In this document: piece after piece, positions 1 to 10,116 of the stretch
Position numbering within the stretch: position 1 is the stretch's first letter
How the letters are laid out: each line of letters starts with the position of its first letter
Assembly: GCA_036337435.1 (NCBI GenBank)
Contig: JAYZEG010000069.1
Coordinates: 1 to 64,000, forward strand
Source: Myxococcota bacterium
GTDB lineage: Bacteria; Myxococcota_A; Bradymonadia; UBA7976; UBA1532
Reading direction: 5' to 3'
DNA: 64,000 bases
Made by a program: the position numbers and the translations under genes
The notes under the pieces: generated by a model
The model's input: only the letters and a program-made list of their open reading frames with translations
Told to the model about the DNA's origin: nothing
Databases searched by the model: none

Positions 1-31
1 ACGATGTGTGACGCGGCTGGGGAGTGACGAG

Positions 32-2011
32 ATGAAAAGTGTATTGAGCTGGTTTCTTGTTCTTTTATTCTGTCACGGCTGTGGTTACGAACTCGACCAG
101 GCTGATTTAGAGGCGTCGCTGACGCCGAAAGTGGAAGTCTACTTTAACTTTCCAGGCAGTGAACAGGCCAATGGCACCGATACGGAAGCGGACGACATCG
201 TGGTCCAAATGATCGATCGAGCAAACGCCACCGTGGACTTCGCCGTCATGGGATTTAGCCGACGCACCATCATATCAGCCTTAGAGCGAGCCTTTTATCG
301 TGGCGTGCGTCTTCGTTTCGTGGGCAACGCACGGCATGCCTTTGGGACCGTGCGCGGCTACGTGGTCTTAGATCGCCTTAATATCCCAACCCAGGTGGGC
401 AATCAAAACCACATCATGCACGACAAATTCTTCATCATAGACCGTCGCTTCACAGTGACCGGAACGGGTAATATTACGTCGACCGGTTTCTCGCGGAATG
501 ACAACAACTGGGTCTTGATCGACTCGCCACAAGTGGCGGCAGACTTCACAGCTGAGTTTGAGCAAATGTTCGCCGGTCGATTTGGATTTGCAAAACGGAA
601 AATCGACAATGGCAATGTCTATCAGGTCGGCGACACCAAAGTAGAAGTCTTGTTCTCACCTCAAGAAGATGCCATGGGCCGCATCTTAGAAGCGGTGGAG
701 AATGCTAAAGAATCCATCGAGTTCTTCATCTTTGCATTCACCAAGGACCAGCTCGGTTCCTTATTCATTCAGAAGCACAATGAATTTCAGCAGTACAACC
801 GCTGCTGTGACCCTGCGCGCCAGCCTGAATTGAGTGCTGAAGACAGTGCTCAATGCACTGCGGTGATTACCTGTGAGTCACCGTTTCGACCTCGGTACGT
901 CAGGGGGGTGATCGATCGCTCGCAATTGCATTCTAATGGGCCCTATCATGAGGTCTATCGCTTGCTTGCCTTTGGTGTTCCCGTGCGGATGGACGGCAAC
1001 GACAATAGTCGGCAGCCAGGGGATTACCAAGCCGGTGGTGGTCGGCAGCATGCAAAGACACTGGTGATCGATGGGAAGACCGAAAATCCGGTTGTTCTGA
1101 CCGGGTCTTTTAACTGGTCTGCGAGCGCGACGGTGGCCAATGATGAGGTGCTCGTGGTTTTGTCGGGGACACACACGGGACATCAGTATGCGGAGTACTT
1201 CGACTATCTTTGGACCATGGCCAAGCAGATTGGCAATCGGTGGATAGGGGAGCCTAGGCGCACAGGTGTACGAGCCATCGAACCCGGGTCTGTGGTCTTC
1301 AACGAAATCCAATGGGATGGATACAATGGACGGGTTGATCCCGCGGAGACGGCCAATCGCGAGAGTCGGCGTCCCCAGGATTTCGTCTACAATGACGAAT
1401 TCATTGAGCTGCTCAACACAACTGACCAAGCCATTGATCTATCCATGTGGACCATTGCCACCGATGATGATTTCGTGGTTGGGCTTTATCCGGGTACAAT
1501 CATCGGACCCTATGAGCGATTTCTCATCGTTGACCATAACACCGAGTCATATGATGATCTGAGACCACAATTTCGCGATGGAGCCTATTTGGAACCCGAT
1601 TTTGTCATGAACAATGCAAACGATGCCCGCTTTTTAAGACTCAACCTGCACAATGCTCGGTTTAGGCTGCGCTTATTGGATCCTCGCGGAAATGTAGTCG
1701 ACATCGCCGGCAACGGCGCAGCCCCGTTTGTTGGCGGGCGAACCTGGACCAGCGACGATCAATCAGATCCGAGAAATCAACGGGTCCAGTCTATGGAACG
1801 CATCCATCCCATCGAAGATGGCTCACTCGCCGCGTCATGGAGAGCCTGCGTACTCTCCGAGAATGCGGGGGAAAAACAAGCACAGCAAATGCAAATCCGG
1901 CCTGATTATCGAGGTCATGTCATCGCAACTCCGGGTCAACCTAATTCTGGTGGAGAGGTCTATCCCTTGCCACCAGAAAATTGGCGCACAAGACCGAACC
2001 CTGGCCAGTAA
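32..2011 (+). CDS. Exported phospholipase D-superfamily protein (two HKD motifs) with C-terminal lamin-tail domain; probable lipoprotein nuclease or phospholipase
   Basis: HDKFFIID...GTGN and HAKTLVID...GSFNWS motifs; LTD-like VVFNEIQW...EFIELLN...DLSMWTI...TPGQPN; signal peptide with Cys (FCHGC). ATG at 32 preferred over GTG at 8. Confidence 0.85.
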   Translation: MKSVLSWFLVLLFCHGCGYELDQADLEASLTPKVEVYFNFPGSEQANGTDTEADDIVVQMIDRANATVDFAVMGFSRRTIISALERAFYRGVRLRFVGNARHAFGTVRGYVVLDRLNIPTQVGNQNHIMHDKFFIIDRRFTVTGTGNITSTGFSRNDNNWVLIDSPQVAADFTAEFEQMFAGRFGFAKRKIDNGNVYQVGDTKVEVLFSPQEDAMGRILEAVENAKESIEFFIFAFTKDQLGSLFIQKHNEFQQYNRCCDPARQPELSAEDSAQCTAVITCESPFRPRYVRGVIDRSQLHSNGPYHEVYRLLAFGVPVRMDGNDNSRQPGDYQAGGGRQHAKTLVIDGKTENPVVLTGSFNWSASATVANDEVLVVLSGTHTGHQYAEYFDYLWTMAKQIGNRWIGEPRRTGVRAIEPGSVVFNEIQWDGYNGRVDPAETANRESRRPQDFVYNDEFIELLNTTDQAIDLSMWTIATDDDFVVGLYPGTIIGPYERFLIVDHNTESYDDLRPQFRDGAYLEPDFVMNNANDARFLRLNLHNARFRLRLLDPRGNVVDIAGNGAAPFVGGRTWTSDDQSDPRNQRVQSMERIHPIEDGSLAASWRACVLSENAGEKQAQQMQIRPDYRGHVIATPGQPNSGGEVYPLPPENWRTRPNPGQ

Positions 2012-2955
2012 TGAACGCATTCGTCAGGGTCACCCTGTTGATTGGATTATGTCTCGTTCAAGTGGCCTGTCAGTCGAAAGATCAGGGGGCACCGCCTAAA
2101 GTCGTACCAAAGATGCCAGCGGCTCAGGTGCCTATTTGGACAACGCTATTTTCTAACGAACCTGCGCAATCCCCGAAGCTTTTGGGTCCGCTTGGCCTGG
2201 GGGATTCGGAGGCCAAGATTAAAGCGATTTCTCCCGAATTATTATCGGCTAAAGGCCTATCGACCAAAGCGTACGGCCAGGCCAGTGTACGCGTCTTACT
2301 TCATTCAGATAGTCGTTTGGTTCGGTCCATCAAAGTGGGCCTGCCCTTAGACGCCTTATCGCAGTTGACCAAGTTGTGGGGTGTCCCACGTGAAGCCAGT
2401 ATTAACGGCCAGTCGGACGGCTGGTTCTGGTTTGACGAAGACAAGAAGATTCAAGTCATCTTCGAACATGATACCAAGGGATCGACCTTGGTCTACTGGC
2501 CCTATATGTCGCTTGCAGACCTGTTTGAACCACACGTATTCAGAAATCGGTCACCAGTCGCGATGCTTGGACGGAAAAGTGCAGAGGTCAGAGCCATCTA
2601 CCCACGTCAGATGGAACGGCGCGCTCGGCCCGGTTTCGTTACCTGGTTGCCACCCTTGAAGTTTTGGACACGTCCATTGTCCCTTCGCATCGCGGAAGCA
2701 GACGGTCGCGTCATTGAAGTTGAATGGAAATTGGATATCAATACGGACACCTCTATCGAGACCCGCGTGAATGATATACTCGCGAAAAAATGGACCAAGA
2801 AAAACACGCGTGATGGCCGACAATTTTGGAGGTCGGGCAACATTGACTTGTCTATTGCCAAACAGAAGGCGGGGAAGTTTCGCCCCAATGAATTTATTTT
2901 GTTGGTGCAGGCTCAGGTGTCTTCGGGGACATTGGGGCCAACCCCAAGTCAATGA
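2011..2955 (+). CDS. Hypothetical lipoprotein
   Basis: ATG overlaps the upstream stop (TAATG); lipobox-like VQVAC; weak internal two-fold repeat (LGDSEAKIKAISP / LGRKSAEVRAIYP). Confidence 0.7.
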   Translation: MNAFVRVTLLIGLCLVQVACQSKDQGAPPKVVPKMPAAQVPIWTTLFSNEPAQSPKLLGPLGLGDSEAKIKAISPELLSAKGLSTKAYGQASVRVLLHSDSRLVRSIKVGLPLDALSQLTKLWGVPREASINGQSDGWFWFDEDKKIQVIFEHDTKGSTLVYWPYMSLADLFEPHVFRNRSPVAMLGRKSAEVRAIYPRQMERRARPGFVTWLPPLKFWTRPLSLRIAEADGRVIEVEWKLDINTDTSIETRVNDILAKKWTKKNTRDGRQFWRSGNIDLSIAKQKAGKFRPNEFILLVQAQVSSGTLGPTPSQ

Positions 2956-3808
2956 GCAATCGTTCATCTCCAAGGCGTGCGCGTGTCCAATAGGCTATGC
3001 GCTTTGAACCGGTCAGGCTCGCCCGCTCCCCGTCCGAGCAGTGCCATCCGATGATTCGGTAGGGTGTTGCTAATTCGACCTCTAATCGGCATTGAACCCT
3101 GTCTTGTCTCTGGAAGACGAGGGTCTTGACTCGAAAAGTGCCCGCTTTTGTTTCTACATTGGTCGGTGTCTCTAGCCAGCGCGCCTGAGCCGAGAAAACA
3201 CGTGGCGGGCGATGCTGGAGGCGTCGTATGACACTGCTTCCGATCATTTCCGTCGCCGTCGCAGCACCCGTGGGGCCTCCCGCAGTCAACCCCCGTGCGG
3301 TCATCCAAAGGGCGTCGATGGTCACGGCGTCGGTTACTGCCAAGGTCGTACGCTGACTCTCCCCTTCGAAATAACTGCGGGTATCGACTTGGACTTTTTT
3401 TGGATCGAAAAGCAACTCTTCATAGACTTGCCCGCACCATTCTTGAGATGAAAATGTCTGTTTGACCGGGCGCATGGATTGCCTTGGATCTGCGAATAAG
3501 CTGGTCATCACAGCGTAATCATAAACGCCCGTTTGAAACCGCCTTACGAAATTCAGCTTGAGGGCGATGAAATGGTCTGGGTTCGTCGGGTCATACCGAT
3601 CCACTTTGACACGTCGCTTTTTGGAAAAGGGTTCCGTGACATAAATCAGGACGGCCTGACCATCTCGCATTTGGCCATAGCGAGGTTGCTGGAGCTGAAA
3701 GCCGCTCACTTCCGCCTGACCGTCTGACCAGTCCTTGTAAAATGCCGCCGGCGATGCGTAGCTCACCCCGAGAGACATGATGGAAGCGAACACAAAAGAT
3801 TTAATCAC
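2894..3808 (-). CDS. Conserved hypothetical secreted protein
   Basis: Signal peptide; W.DG.AE...RYG..R.G.AVLIYVTEPF...QEWCG motifs resemble a conserved family that I recall being misannotated as Maf. Start overlaps the end of rnd. Confidence 0.75.
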   Translation of the reverse strand: MIKSFVFASIMSLGVSYASPAAFYKDWSDGQAEVSGFQLQQPRYGQMRDGQAVLIYVTEPFSKKRRVKVDRYDPTNPDHFIALKLNFVRRFQTGVYDYAVMTSLFADPRQSMRPVKQTFSSQEWCGQVYEELLFDPKKVQVDTRSYFEGESQRTTLAVTDAVTIDALWMTARGLTAGGPTGAATATEMIGSSVIRRLQHRPPRVFSAQARWLETPTNVETKAGTFRVKTLVFQRQDRVQCRLEVELATPYRIIGWHCSDGERASLTGSKRIAYWTRARLGDERLLIDLGLAPMSPKTPEPAPTK

Positions 3809-4913
3809 TGGACGCTGTCTCCTCGCAGAAATTCTTCCATGGCGTCTTCAGACAGGCTCTCCACCCAGTAAATTCCTCAGCCAGATAAATTGGGTCTGAT
3901 ACGTCATGAATTGTACTTTTAAGCCGTTTCATCAGCCACGATGGAAAGGCGATTTCTGGCGCGATGCAAACCGCTGCACAGACATCAGCTCGGGCACTCG
4001 CTAACCAAGCATCTCGCAGGTGTTGTTCGAACGTTGAGTACGGGGATGGTGGCAGAGCTGGCGTTTCAGAGTCATCTGAGACTTTGGCTGACTCGGCCTT
4101 GATTTCTTCAACTAAATTAATGCCAGTCTTTCGTGCCCAGTCTCGGCCTACACCCTTGATCTCAGACAAAGCCGCCAGGCTCTCTGGTTGTGCTGCGGCG
4201 ATACTGAATAAAGATTTCCAGTGGGGGGCACCGCGTCGGTCTCCCTCAAGGTTAAACCACCTCACTAAGATTTTGAGTCCGACCTGTTGCTTAGGGCTCA
4301 GTTGCCAAAGATTGCGGTAACTGGACAATGAGATGGCCTCGCGTTTCTGTGTTCTCTTTTGGAAAACCTCGCCGGAGGCCTCAAAACCAGCGTCTAAACG
4401 CCCGTGCTCTGCCAGTGTTTCTAGCAAAATTTTATAGATGTCAGGAAGGCCAAGCACATCACCGATGGCATAGTCCAATTGGTCTTCACCGAGTGGACGT
4501 CGTTTCCAATTGCTGGTCTGCTTGCCCTTATCTTTACGCAAGCCAAGAAGCCTCATCTCGAGGTAAGAGAGCGATACTTGATATTCGGCACTGACTAAAC
4601 TCCAGCCCACTTGGGTGTCGAAAATTCGTGGTCTCTCAGTCATACCAAATGCTGTCATCAACAGGTCGACATCCTGCCGTCCAGCGTGAAGGATCCAGGT
4701 TATTTCGGGTTTATCGAACACCGGTTTTAAACCGGTCAGATCGTCGATTTGAACCGCGTCGATTAGAAAGGCGTTTTGTCCGTCTGTGACTTGGATCAGA
4801 CAGAGCTCAGTGCCACTCCGCCGCGACTCGAACTCCGTGTCAACGAACAATTCTGTGGCGTCAACAAGTGCTTCTTTGCAGACGTCTAATTGGGCTTCAT
4901 GTTGGATGTACAT
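3801..4913 (-). CDS. rnd: Ribonuclease D (DEDD 3'-5' exonuclease plus HRDC-like region)
   Basis: VDTEF, LCLIQV, HAGRQD, FDTQV, W..RPL...QLDYA..DV motifs; ATG at 4913 just after the hemB stop. Confidence 0.9.
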   Translation of the reverse strand: MYIQHEAQLDVCKEALVDATELFVDTEFESRRSGTELCLIQVTDGQNAFLIDAVQIDDLTGLKPVFDKPEITWILHAGRQDVDLLMTAFGMTERPRIFDTQVGWSLVSAEYQVSLSYLEMRLLGLRKDKGKQTSNWKRRPLGEDQLDYAIGDVLGLPDIYKILLETLAEHGRLDAGFEASGEVFQKRTQKREAISLSSYRNLWQLSPKQQVGLKILVRWFNLEGDRRGAPHWKSLFSIAAAQPESLAALSEIKGVGRDWARKTGINLVEEIKAESAKVSDDSETPALPPSPYSTFEQHLRDAWLASARADVCAAVCIAPEIAFPSWLMKRLKSTIHDVSDPIYLAEEFTGWRACLKTPWKNFCEETASSD

Positions 4914-4920
4914 GTCGGCT

Positions 4921-5904
4921 TTATCCTTCACGGAGCCAGGCTGCGGCTTGCCTCGCATAATAGGTTAAAATCACATCAGCGCCGGCTCGCCGAATCCCGA
5001 GAAGACTTTCTAAGACTGCCTTCCGCTCGTCGAGCCACCCATTCTGAGCGGCGGCTTTGAGCATTGCGTATTCGCCGCTGACTTGATAGGCGGCGACGGG
5101 GAGAATGGTGCTCTCGCGGACAGTTTTGATGACATCCAGAAAAGGACCTGCCGGTTTGACCATGATCATATCCGCGCCCTCGGACACATCTAGCTCGACT
5201 TCACGAATGGCTTCCCGAACGTTTGCAGGATCCATTTGATAGGTTTTTTTGTCTCCAAATCGAGGTGCTGAGTCTAGCGCATCTCGAAAAGGCCCGTAGA
5301 AAGCCGATGCGTATTTTGCAGTGTAGGCCAAGATGGAAACATGGGTGAACCCTGCTTCGTCAAGGCCCTGTCGAATGGCACCAATGCGGCCATCCATCAT
5401 GTCGCTCGGTGAAATGATATCAGCACCTGCTTGTGCTTGGGATATGGCCTGTTTGACCAACACCTCAACGGTTTCGTCGTTCAATATTTCGCCATCTGCG
5501 TTGACGATGCCGTCATGGCCGTCCGATGAAAATGGATCCAGGGCGACGTCGGTGATGAGAGTGAGGGCTGGCCATGCCGCCTTAAGTTGTCTCAATGCGG
5601 TCTGCACGAGGCCATCGGGATTATAGGATTCCTCGCCCCGGGGTGTTTTCTTGTCATCGCCCAGGGCCGGGAACAGCACGATTGAGCCGATTCCATCTGC
5701 AAGGGCTGCACCTGCTTCGTCCATGAGTGATGATAAGCACAGCCGATGACAGCCAGGCATTGACTGAATCGGTTGGCGCCCCTCTCCTTCATGAATAAAC
5801 AGGGGATAGATAAAATGTTCGGGGCCGAGGTGTGTCTCACGTGCCAAAGCCCGTATCCAAGCGTTCTTGCGGTTTCTACGTGGTCTCTCGACAAGATTGA
5901 GCAT
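4921..5904 (-). CDS. hemB: Porphobilinogen synthase (delta-aminolevulinate dehydratase), Asp-rich non-Zn type
   Basis: RPRRNR, DVALDPFSSDGHDG, PSDMMDGRI, YTAKYASAFYGPFRDAL, MVKPA, AYQVSGEY. Confidence 0.97.
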   Translation of the reverse strand: MLNLVERPRRNRKNAWIRALARETHLGPEHFIYPLFIHEGEGRQPIQSMPGCHRLCLSSLMDEAGAALADGIGSIVLFPALGDDKKTPRGEESYNPDGLVQTALRQLKAAWPALTLITDVALDPFSSDGHDGIVNADGEILNDETVEVLVKQAISQAQAGADIISPSDMMDGRIGAIRQGLDEAGFTHVSILAYTAKYASAFYGPFRDALDSAPRFGDKKTYQMDPANVREAIREVELDVSEGADMIMVKPAGPFLDVIKTVRESTILPVAAYQVSGEYAMLKAAAQNGWLDERKAVLESLLGIRRAGADVILTYYARQAAAWLREG

Positions 5905-6041
5905 CAAAACTCCAATTCGGTGGGTATTTGGTCTTAGGTTTTCTGAGCTGTGTATCGCATGAAAACAGCATCGATTTAACACGGCCGTCTCCGCAATAAC
6001 GCCAACATTTTGCCGTCACAGCCATCTGATTTGTCTCACAT

Positions 6042-6075
6042 TAAACTGTTTACAATTAACAATCACCATTTGTTA
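6042..6075. promoter_or_regulatory. AT-rich inverted repeats in the divergent hemB/fur intergenic region (possible operator)
   Basis: TAAAC-T-GTTTA at 6042-6052 and TAACAA-N7-TTGTTA at 6057-6075. Confidence 0.35.
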
Positions 6076-6120
6076 GGGTAAAGTTCAGTCAATGATGGGA
6101 CGAATACCGGGGTAAGAGGC

Positions 6121-6582
6121 ATGATCAAGGCCTCAGAAGCAATTGACATATTAACGACCTATCTCTCAAAATCTGGACTCAAAATGACTTCGCAGAGGCG
6201 AGTTGTCACTGAGGCTTTTTTTGATCCGTCGGTGACGGGGGACCACCCGACTGCAGAAGAACTGTACCTGCGGGTCAGGAAAATAGACTCACGGATTGGG
6301 TACGCGACCGTCTATCGTTCACTCAAGATTCTCACCGAGGCAGGGTTGGCGAGTCCGGGTCGTTTTGGCGATAATCAGACCCGATATGAGCCGGAGTCGC
6401 CGGGAGAGCATCACGACCACTTCGTTTGTGTCGAATGCGGAAAAATTGTCGAATTCGAGGATGAAGAGATCGAACGCTTGCAAATTGAGGTTGCTGCTCG
6501 ATTGGGCTTTGACCTGACCGATCATAAGATGGTTCTATTTGGAAAGCCCACGGGTACGTGTAAAGCAGTCTGCAAAACGTAG
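6121..6582 (+). CDS. fur: Fur-family transcriptional regulator
   Basis: T.QR...HPTAEELY...IGYATVYRSL...HHDHFVCVECGKIVEF. Confidence 0.92.
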   Translation: MIKASEAIDILTTYLSKSGLKMTSQRRVVTEAFFDPSVTGDHPTAEELYLRVRKIDSRIGYATVYRSLKILTEAGLASPGRFGDNQTRYEPESPGEHHDHFVCVECGKIVEFEDEEIERLQIEVAARLGFDLTDHKMVLFGKPTGTCKAVCKT

Positions 6583-6585
6583 GAT

Positions 6586-7536
6586 GTGGACATTGTCATG
6601 AGCGATGAATCTCGTGCGATCGCTGCCATCGACATTGGGTCAAATTCCATTCAGATTACCGTTGCCGATGTGTCTTACGGACGGGTGAAGATTCGGCATA
6701 AGGAAAAGAGCAATGCTCGACTTGGAGCCTCCGTTGATGTCGCCGGTAGACTCGATGATCGCACGTTTCAAGAATCAGTAAAGACCATCTCGGCCTACGC
6801 ACAGATCGCCCGCGAGCATGGCGCAGAAATCCGCGCGGTTGGGACCGCAGCTTTGAGAAAGGCCCAAAATCAAGCAGAGTTTGTATCACACCTAAGGCAG
6901 GTGAGTGGTCTGGCGTTACATGTCATTTCGGGATCCCGCGAAGCGCACCTGATTCGTCGTGGCGTGATGAACGGGATGCCAGAGCTGAAAGAAAAGGCAA
7001 CGGTCATCGTCGATGTGGGGGGCGGATCCACGGAGGTCTCTCTGGGTCAGGGTCATGATATCAAAGCTGTCATGAGTCTACCCATCGGTGGTCTCACAGC
7101 GCAGCGTCAATATTTTCCTCGCTGTTCGACGTCAAGTCTTCACTACCGACGTACAGTGCAGAGTCTCAGCCGACGTTTCGCTGGCATGACTGATATCTGC
7201 AAAAACTTAGGGTTCTCTTTGGTTGTTGCAACCGGTGGGACAGCTCAGAGAATTGCTCGGCTTTTAGCTCAGAAAAACGGTCTGCCCCAAAATGACATTG
7301 ATGGAGCTGAGTTCAGCCATGATGATTTGGGTTGGCTTACAGCGCAATTACGTTCTCACGGACGGAAAAACACCCTTGATAGCCTGCCTGGAATGGACCC
7401 ATCGCGAGCTGATATTATGCTTGGCGGTGCCGCTGTATACACCGCCATCAGTCAGGCCTTGGGGGCGACGGCTTGGGTGGTCTCCATGAGTGCCATGAGA
7501 ACGGGTATTCTAACGGAGCCAACTTGGCCTAGCTAG
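6586..7536 (+). CDS. Ppx/GppA-family phosphatase, short form without HD domain
   Basis: IDIGSNS, GTAALRKAQN, ISGSREA, DVGGGSTE, RADIMLGG. Confidence 0.9.
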   Translation: MDIVMSDESRAIAAIDIGSNSIQITVADVSYGRVKIRHKEKSNARLGASVDVAGRLDDRTFQESVKTISAYAQIAREHGAEIRAVGTAALRKAQNQAEFVSHLRQVSGLALHVISGSREAHLIRRGVMNGMPELKEKATVIVDVGGGSTEVSLGQGHDIKAVMSLPIGGLTAQRQYFPRCSTSSLHYRRTVQSLSRRFAGMTDICKNLGFSLVVATGGTAQRIARLLAQKNGLPQNDIDGAEFSHDDLGWLTAQLRSHGRKNTLDSLPGMDPSRADIMLGGAAVYTAISQALGATAWVVSMSAMRTGILTEPTWPS

Positions 7537-7579
7537 GACACAGCGTCTTCCAGAGGGTTCATCCGGTGGTTGCATCGTC

Positions 7580-8998
7580 TTAGAGGGGCACTTTTTCTAG
7601 TAAGATACATGGACAGAGACCCGCCTCATCGGGATAGCGACATGGCAGCTGTTCCCCAACTTGGCAGTCCTGATCGATGGTGACTCTGAGCCAATAGAGG
7701 GGACCGCCGTTGCCACCGCCTCCTCCACAGTGGACAATTCGAGTTTGGCCCGCTTGAGTGACGGCATATTCGGAGAGCTGACTTGTAATGATGTACGGAA
7801 CCAAGCTGCGGCTCGCAAGCGCAACAAAACTGGCCCCTTCGTGGCGTTGTTTCAAACCGGCACCGCGATGTCCGGATGGGTCAAATGGAGGCACATGGGT
7901 GACCACCAGATGACTGCTTGGTCGAGCGTCGCGCCAAGAGAGGGGCGATTGTGTGAGCCAAGTTTCTAGTTGAGTCCTTGCATCTAGACCCAGTGCCTGG
8001 TCTGCCGAGTCGAGTACAATGACTCGAGTCGCACCCAAGTCAAAGGCAAATGTCGATGAGCCAATTCGGTTTATATATTCGATTGAGCCGGAATTGATCA
8101 CGTCCCGATCACCCAGCGTCGCAACCCAAGGGACGTCGAGCTGACCATCGAAGAAATCGATACTTTCGTTGAGCTCGAAGGCTGTCCCCGTCTTGGTTAT
8201 ATCACCGTTCAGAATCACGATATCAGGCCTGTCTGCATTGAGTGCAGTCACGAGCTTGGCTCGGTTGGTTTCATCGCCATAATCGTTGCCCCAGACTGCG
8301 ATTGTTGTCGTCCTGGATATCGGCCACTTGATCCGATGTCGAACCACGAAACCCCCACTGGCTATGTCCTGATTGTTCTGGGTCGAGGGCTCTCCACATG
8401 CGCTGCCCGAGAGAGATGCCTCCGGAAAATTGCATGCGTTAAAATCTGCGTATCCAGACAGGAGCTTCGTGTACCGATTGACTCGATCGAGACACACCGT
8501 CCATCTCAGCTTTCTCGGGGTTTCTGCAACAGGTTCTAGTTGAAATTGTCGAGTATCACTCAGTGGGGTCCAATCTGGACTGTCCGAATCGATTTCAACC
8601 TGCGTTACGCCGGCAAGACTTGTCCGAGTCGCCTCAAGAACTGGATCCAATGCATCAAAGAAAACCCGAAATTGACCGTCGGGCGTTGATTGGCCAGCAT
8701 GCGTGACTTCGAGATGGACCACACTGGGTGCGCAGGTCCGAGACTTCAAATCGATGCGCATGTCCATCGATTGGGTTCTAATGGTTAACGGCTGCGCAAG
8801 TTGGCTGAGGTCGACAGCGTTTGTCTTCATGATACTGCCGCCGACCACCCGAATGCTTAGGCCGTTGGAGAGTTCTTTGGAGGAAACCATTGAATTGAGT
8901 GTGTTGCGTGTGCCCAGACGATCCTCGCAGGCACTCATGAAAATTGTGCCCAGCAGCGCAAAAATGACGTTTTTTCGTGCGTTTAGCGGAGGTGTCAC
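7580..8998 (-). CDS. Lipoprotein with C-terminal calcineurin-like metallophosphoesterase fold (metal motifs degenerate)
   Basis: Lipobox FMSAC; PDIVILNGDIT, LGDRD, VIVLDSA, VVTHVPPFDP, GGGGG. Confidence 0.7.
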   Translation of the reverse strand: MTPPLNARKNVIFALLGTIFMSACEDRLGTRNTLNSMVSSKELSNGLSIRVVGGSIMKTNAVDLSQLAQPLTIRTQSMDMRIDLKSRTCAPSVVHLEVTHAGQSTPDGQFRVFFDALDPVLEATRTSLAGVTQVEIDSDSPDWTPLSDTRQFQLEPVAETPRKLRWTVCLDRVNRYTKLLSGYADFNACNFPEASLSGSACGEPSTQNNQDIASGGFVVRHRIKWPISRTTTIAVWGNDYGDETNRAKLVTALNADRPDIVILNGDITKTGTAFELNESIDFFDGQLDVPWVATLGDRDVINSGSIEYINRIGSSTFAFDLGATRVIVLDSADQALGLDARTQLETWLTQSPLSWRDARPSSHLVVTHVPPFDPSGHRGAGLKQRHEGASFVALASRSLVPYIITSQLSEYAVTQAGQTRIVHCGGGGGNGGPLYWLRVTIDQDCQVGEQLPCRYPDEAGLCPCILLEKVPL

Positions 8999-10116
8999 AG
9001 GGCATACTCCAGGCCGAGCCAGATACCAAAACCTGACCCCAAGACAACTTGAACTTCGATGCCCGCATTATCTTCGTAGCGATGGTTCATCTCGATTTTC
9101 AACACCTCATTGGCGGATGTGTCAAAAACAGCCGAACTGAGCTTCACCGGTGAAATCACACCTGTTGGGTCTTGAACGAGGGAAATCTTAAAATCTGTGT
9201 TTGACGCGAGTGCCAGGTTTGCACCCGATTCTAGGTATAGCCAATAGTCAGATAATTCGATGTCTTTTAGCAAAGACGGTACGTTTTCAGCGGTCTCAGA
9301 AAACTGATAGCCCGAAAAGCCATATCCGATCCGGTTGAACAGAAAAAATTTCTTCAGAGTTGAGATCCAACGTCCTAGATCGAAGCGTGTGTCAATAAAA
9401 CCCATGAATGATTGATTCGCCCATCCATCAGGGTGATTTTCCAGTCTGGCACCTCGGATACCCAGGGAAAGGTGGTTCTTCAGTCGCGACTCACCAACTG
9501 TGAGCATACTGGCTTCAATGCCTAACTCGCGGCGTTCAAGACTGGCTTCAAGGTCAAGCCACGGCTGTATGCTGAGTCGATGGGTCTCGAAAGAGACCGA
9601 AAGAACGAAGTGATGTCGAAAGCGATTGAGTGGATTCTCGGCAAACCGATATCGAATTCCAAGCCGAGTCCCGTCTGCTCGCTTATCCAGGATTGTAAAC
9701 GGTGCACTGCCTTTGTAGCTGCCGATGACGTCAGCAGCCCATGAGGCCATAAAGAGGATGAACCCGACATGGGATAGCGCCTGTTCAGCGGGCGCTGTTT
9801 TACTGGACCCTCCGTATTTTGAATTCAAGACTTGAGAGGCAGTCATCATGCCAATGCCAAGAATTTCGACAGCGAATAAACTCAGGGCAACACCATAATC
9901 CTCGGTATAGATATGGCCTAAACCGTGGAATACAACCCCAGGAAAAACGGCGATCGATCCGCCCAATAAGGAGCCGGGTTTTAAGTCTTCGGGCCGTCCT
10001 GTATACCCCTGTTGCTCTGCCGCCTCCAAAGGTTGACGCGCCGGTTCCGACCAAGCCGTGGTTGTCGAACAAAGGCTCGATATGATCAGTAAAATACATC
10101 CTGTCCGACGACTCAC
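8995..10116 (-). CDS. Hypothetical exported protein, possible outer-membrane beta-barrel
   Basis: Signal peptide; hydrophobic PG..HGLGHIY segment; alternating beta-strand pattern ending IWLGLEYAL; 4-bp overlaps with both neighbours. Confidence 0.7.
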   Translation of the reverse strand: MSRRTGCILLIISSLCSTTTAWSEPARQPLEAAEQQGYTGRPEDLKPGSLLGGSIAVFPGVVFHGLGHIYTEDYGVALSLFAVEILGIGMMTASQVLNSKYGGSSKTAPAEQALSHVGFILFMASWAADVIGSYKGSAPFTILDKRADGTRLGIRYRFAENPLNRFRHHFVLSVSFETHRLSIQPWLDLEASLERRELGIEASMLTVGESRLKNHLSLGIRGARLENHPDGWANQSFMGFIDTRFDLGRWISTLKKFFLFNRIGYGFSGYQFSETAENVPSLLKDIELSDYWLYLESGANLALASNTDFKISLVQDPTGVISPVKLSSAVFDTSANEVLKIEMNHRYEDNAGIEVQVVLGSGFGIWLGLEYAL

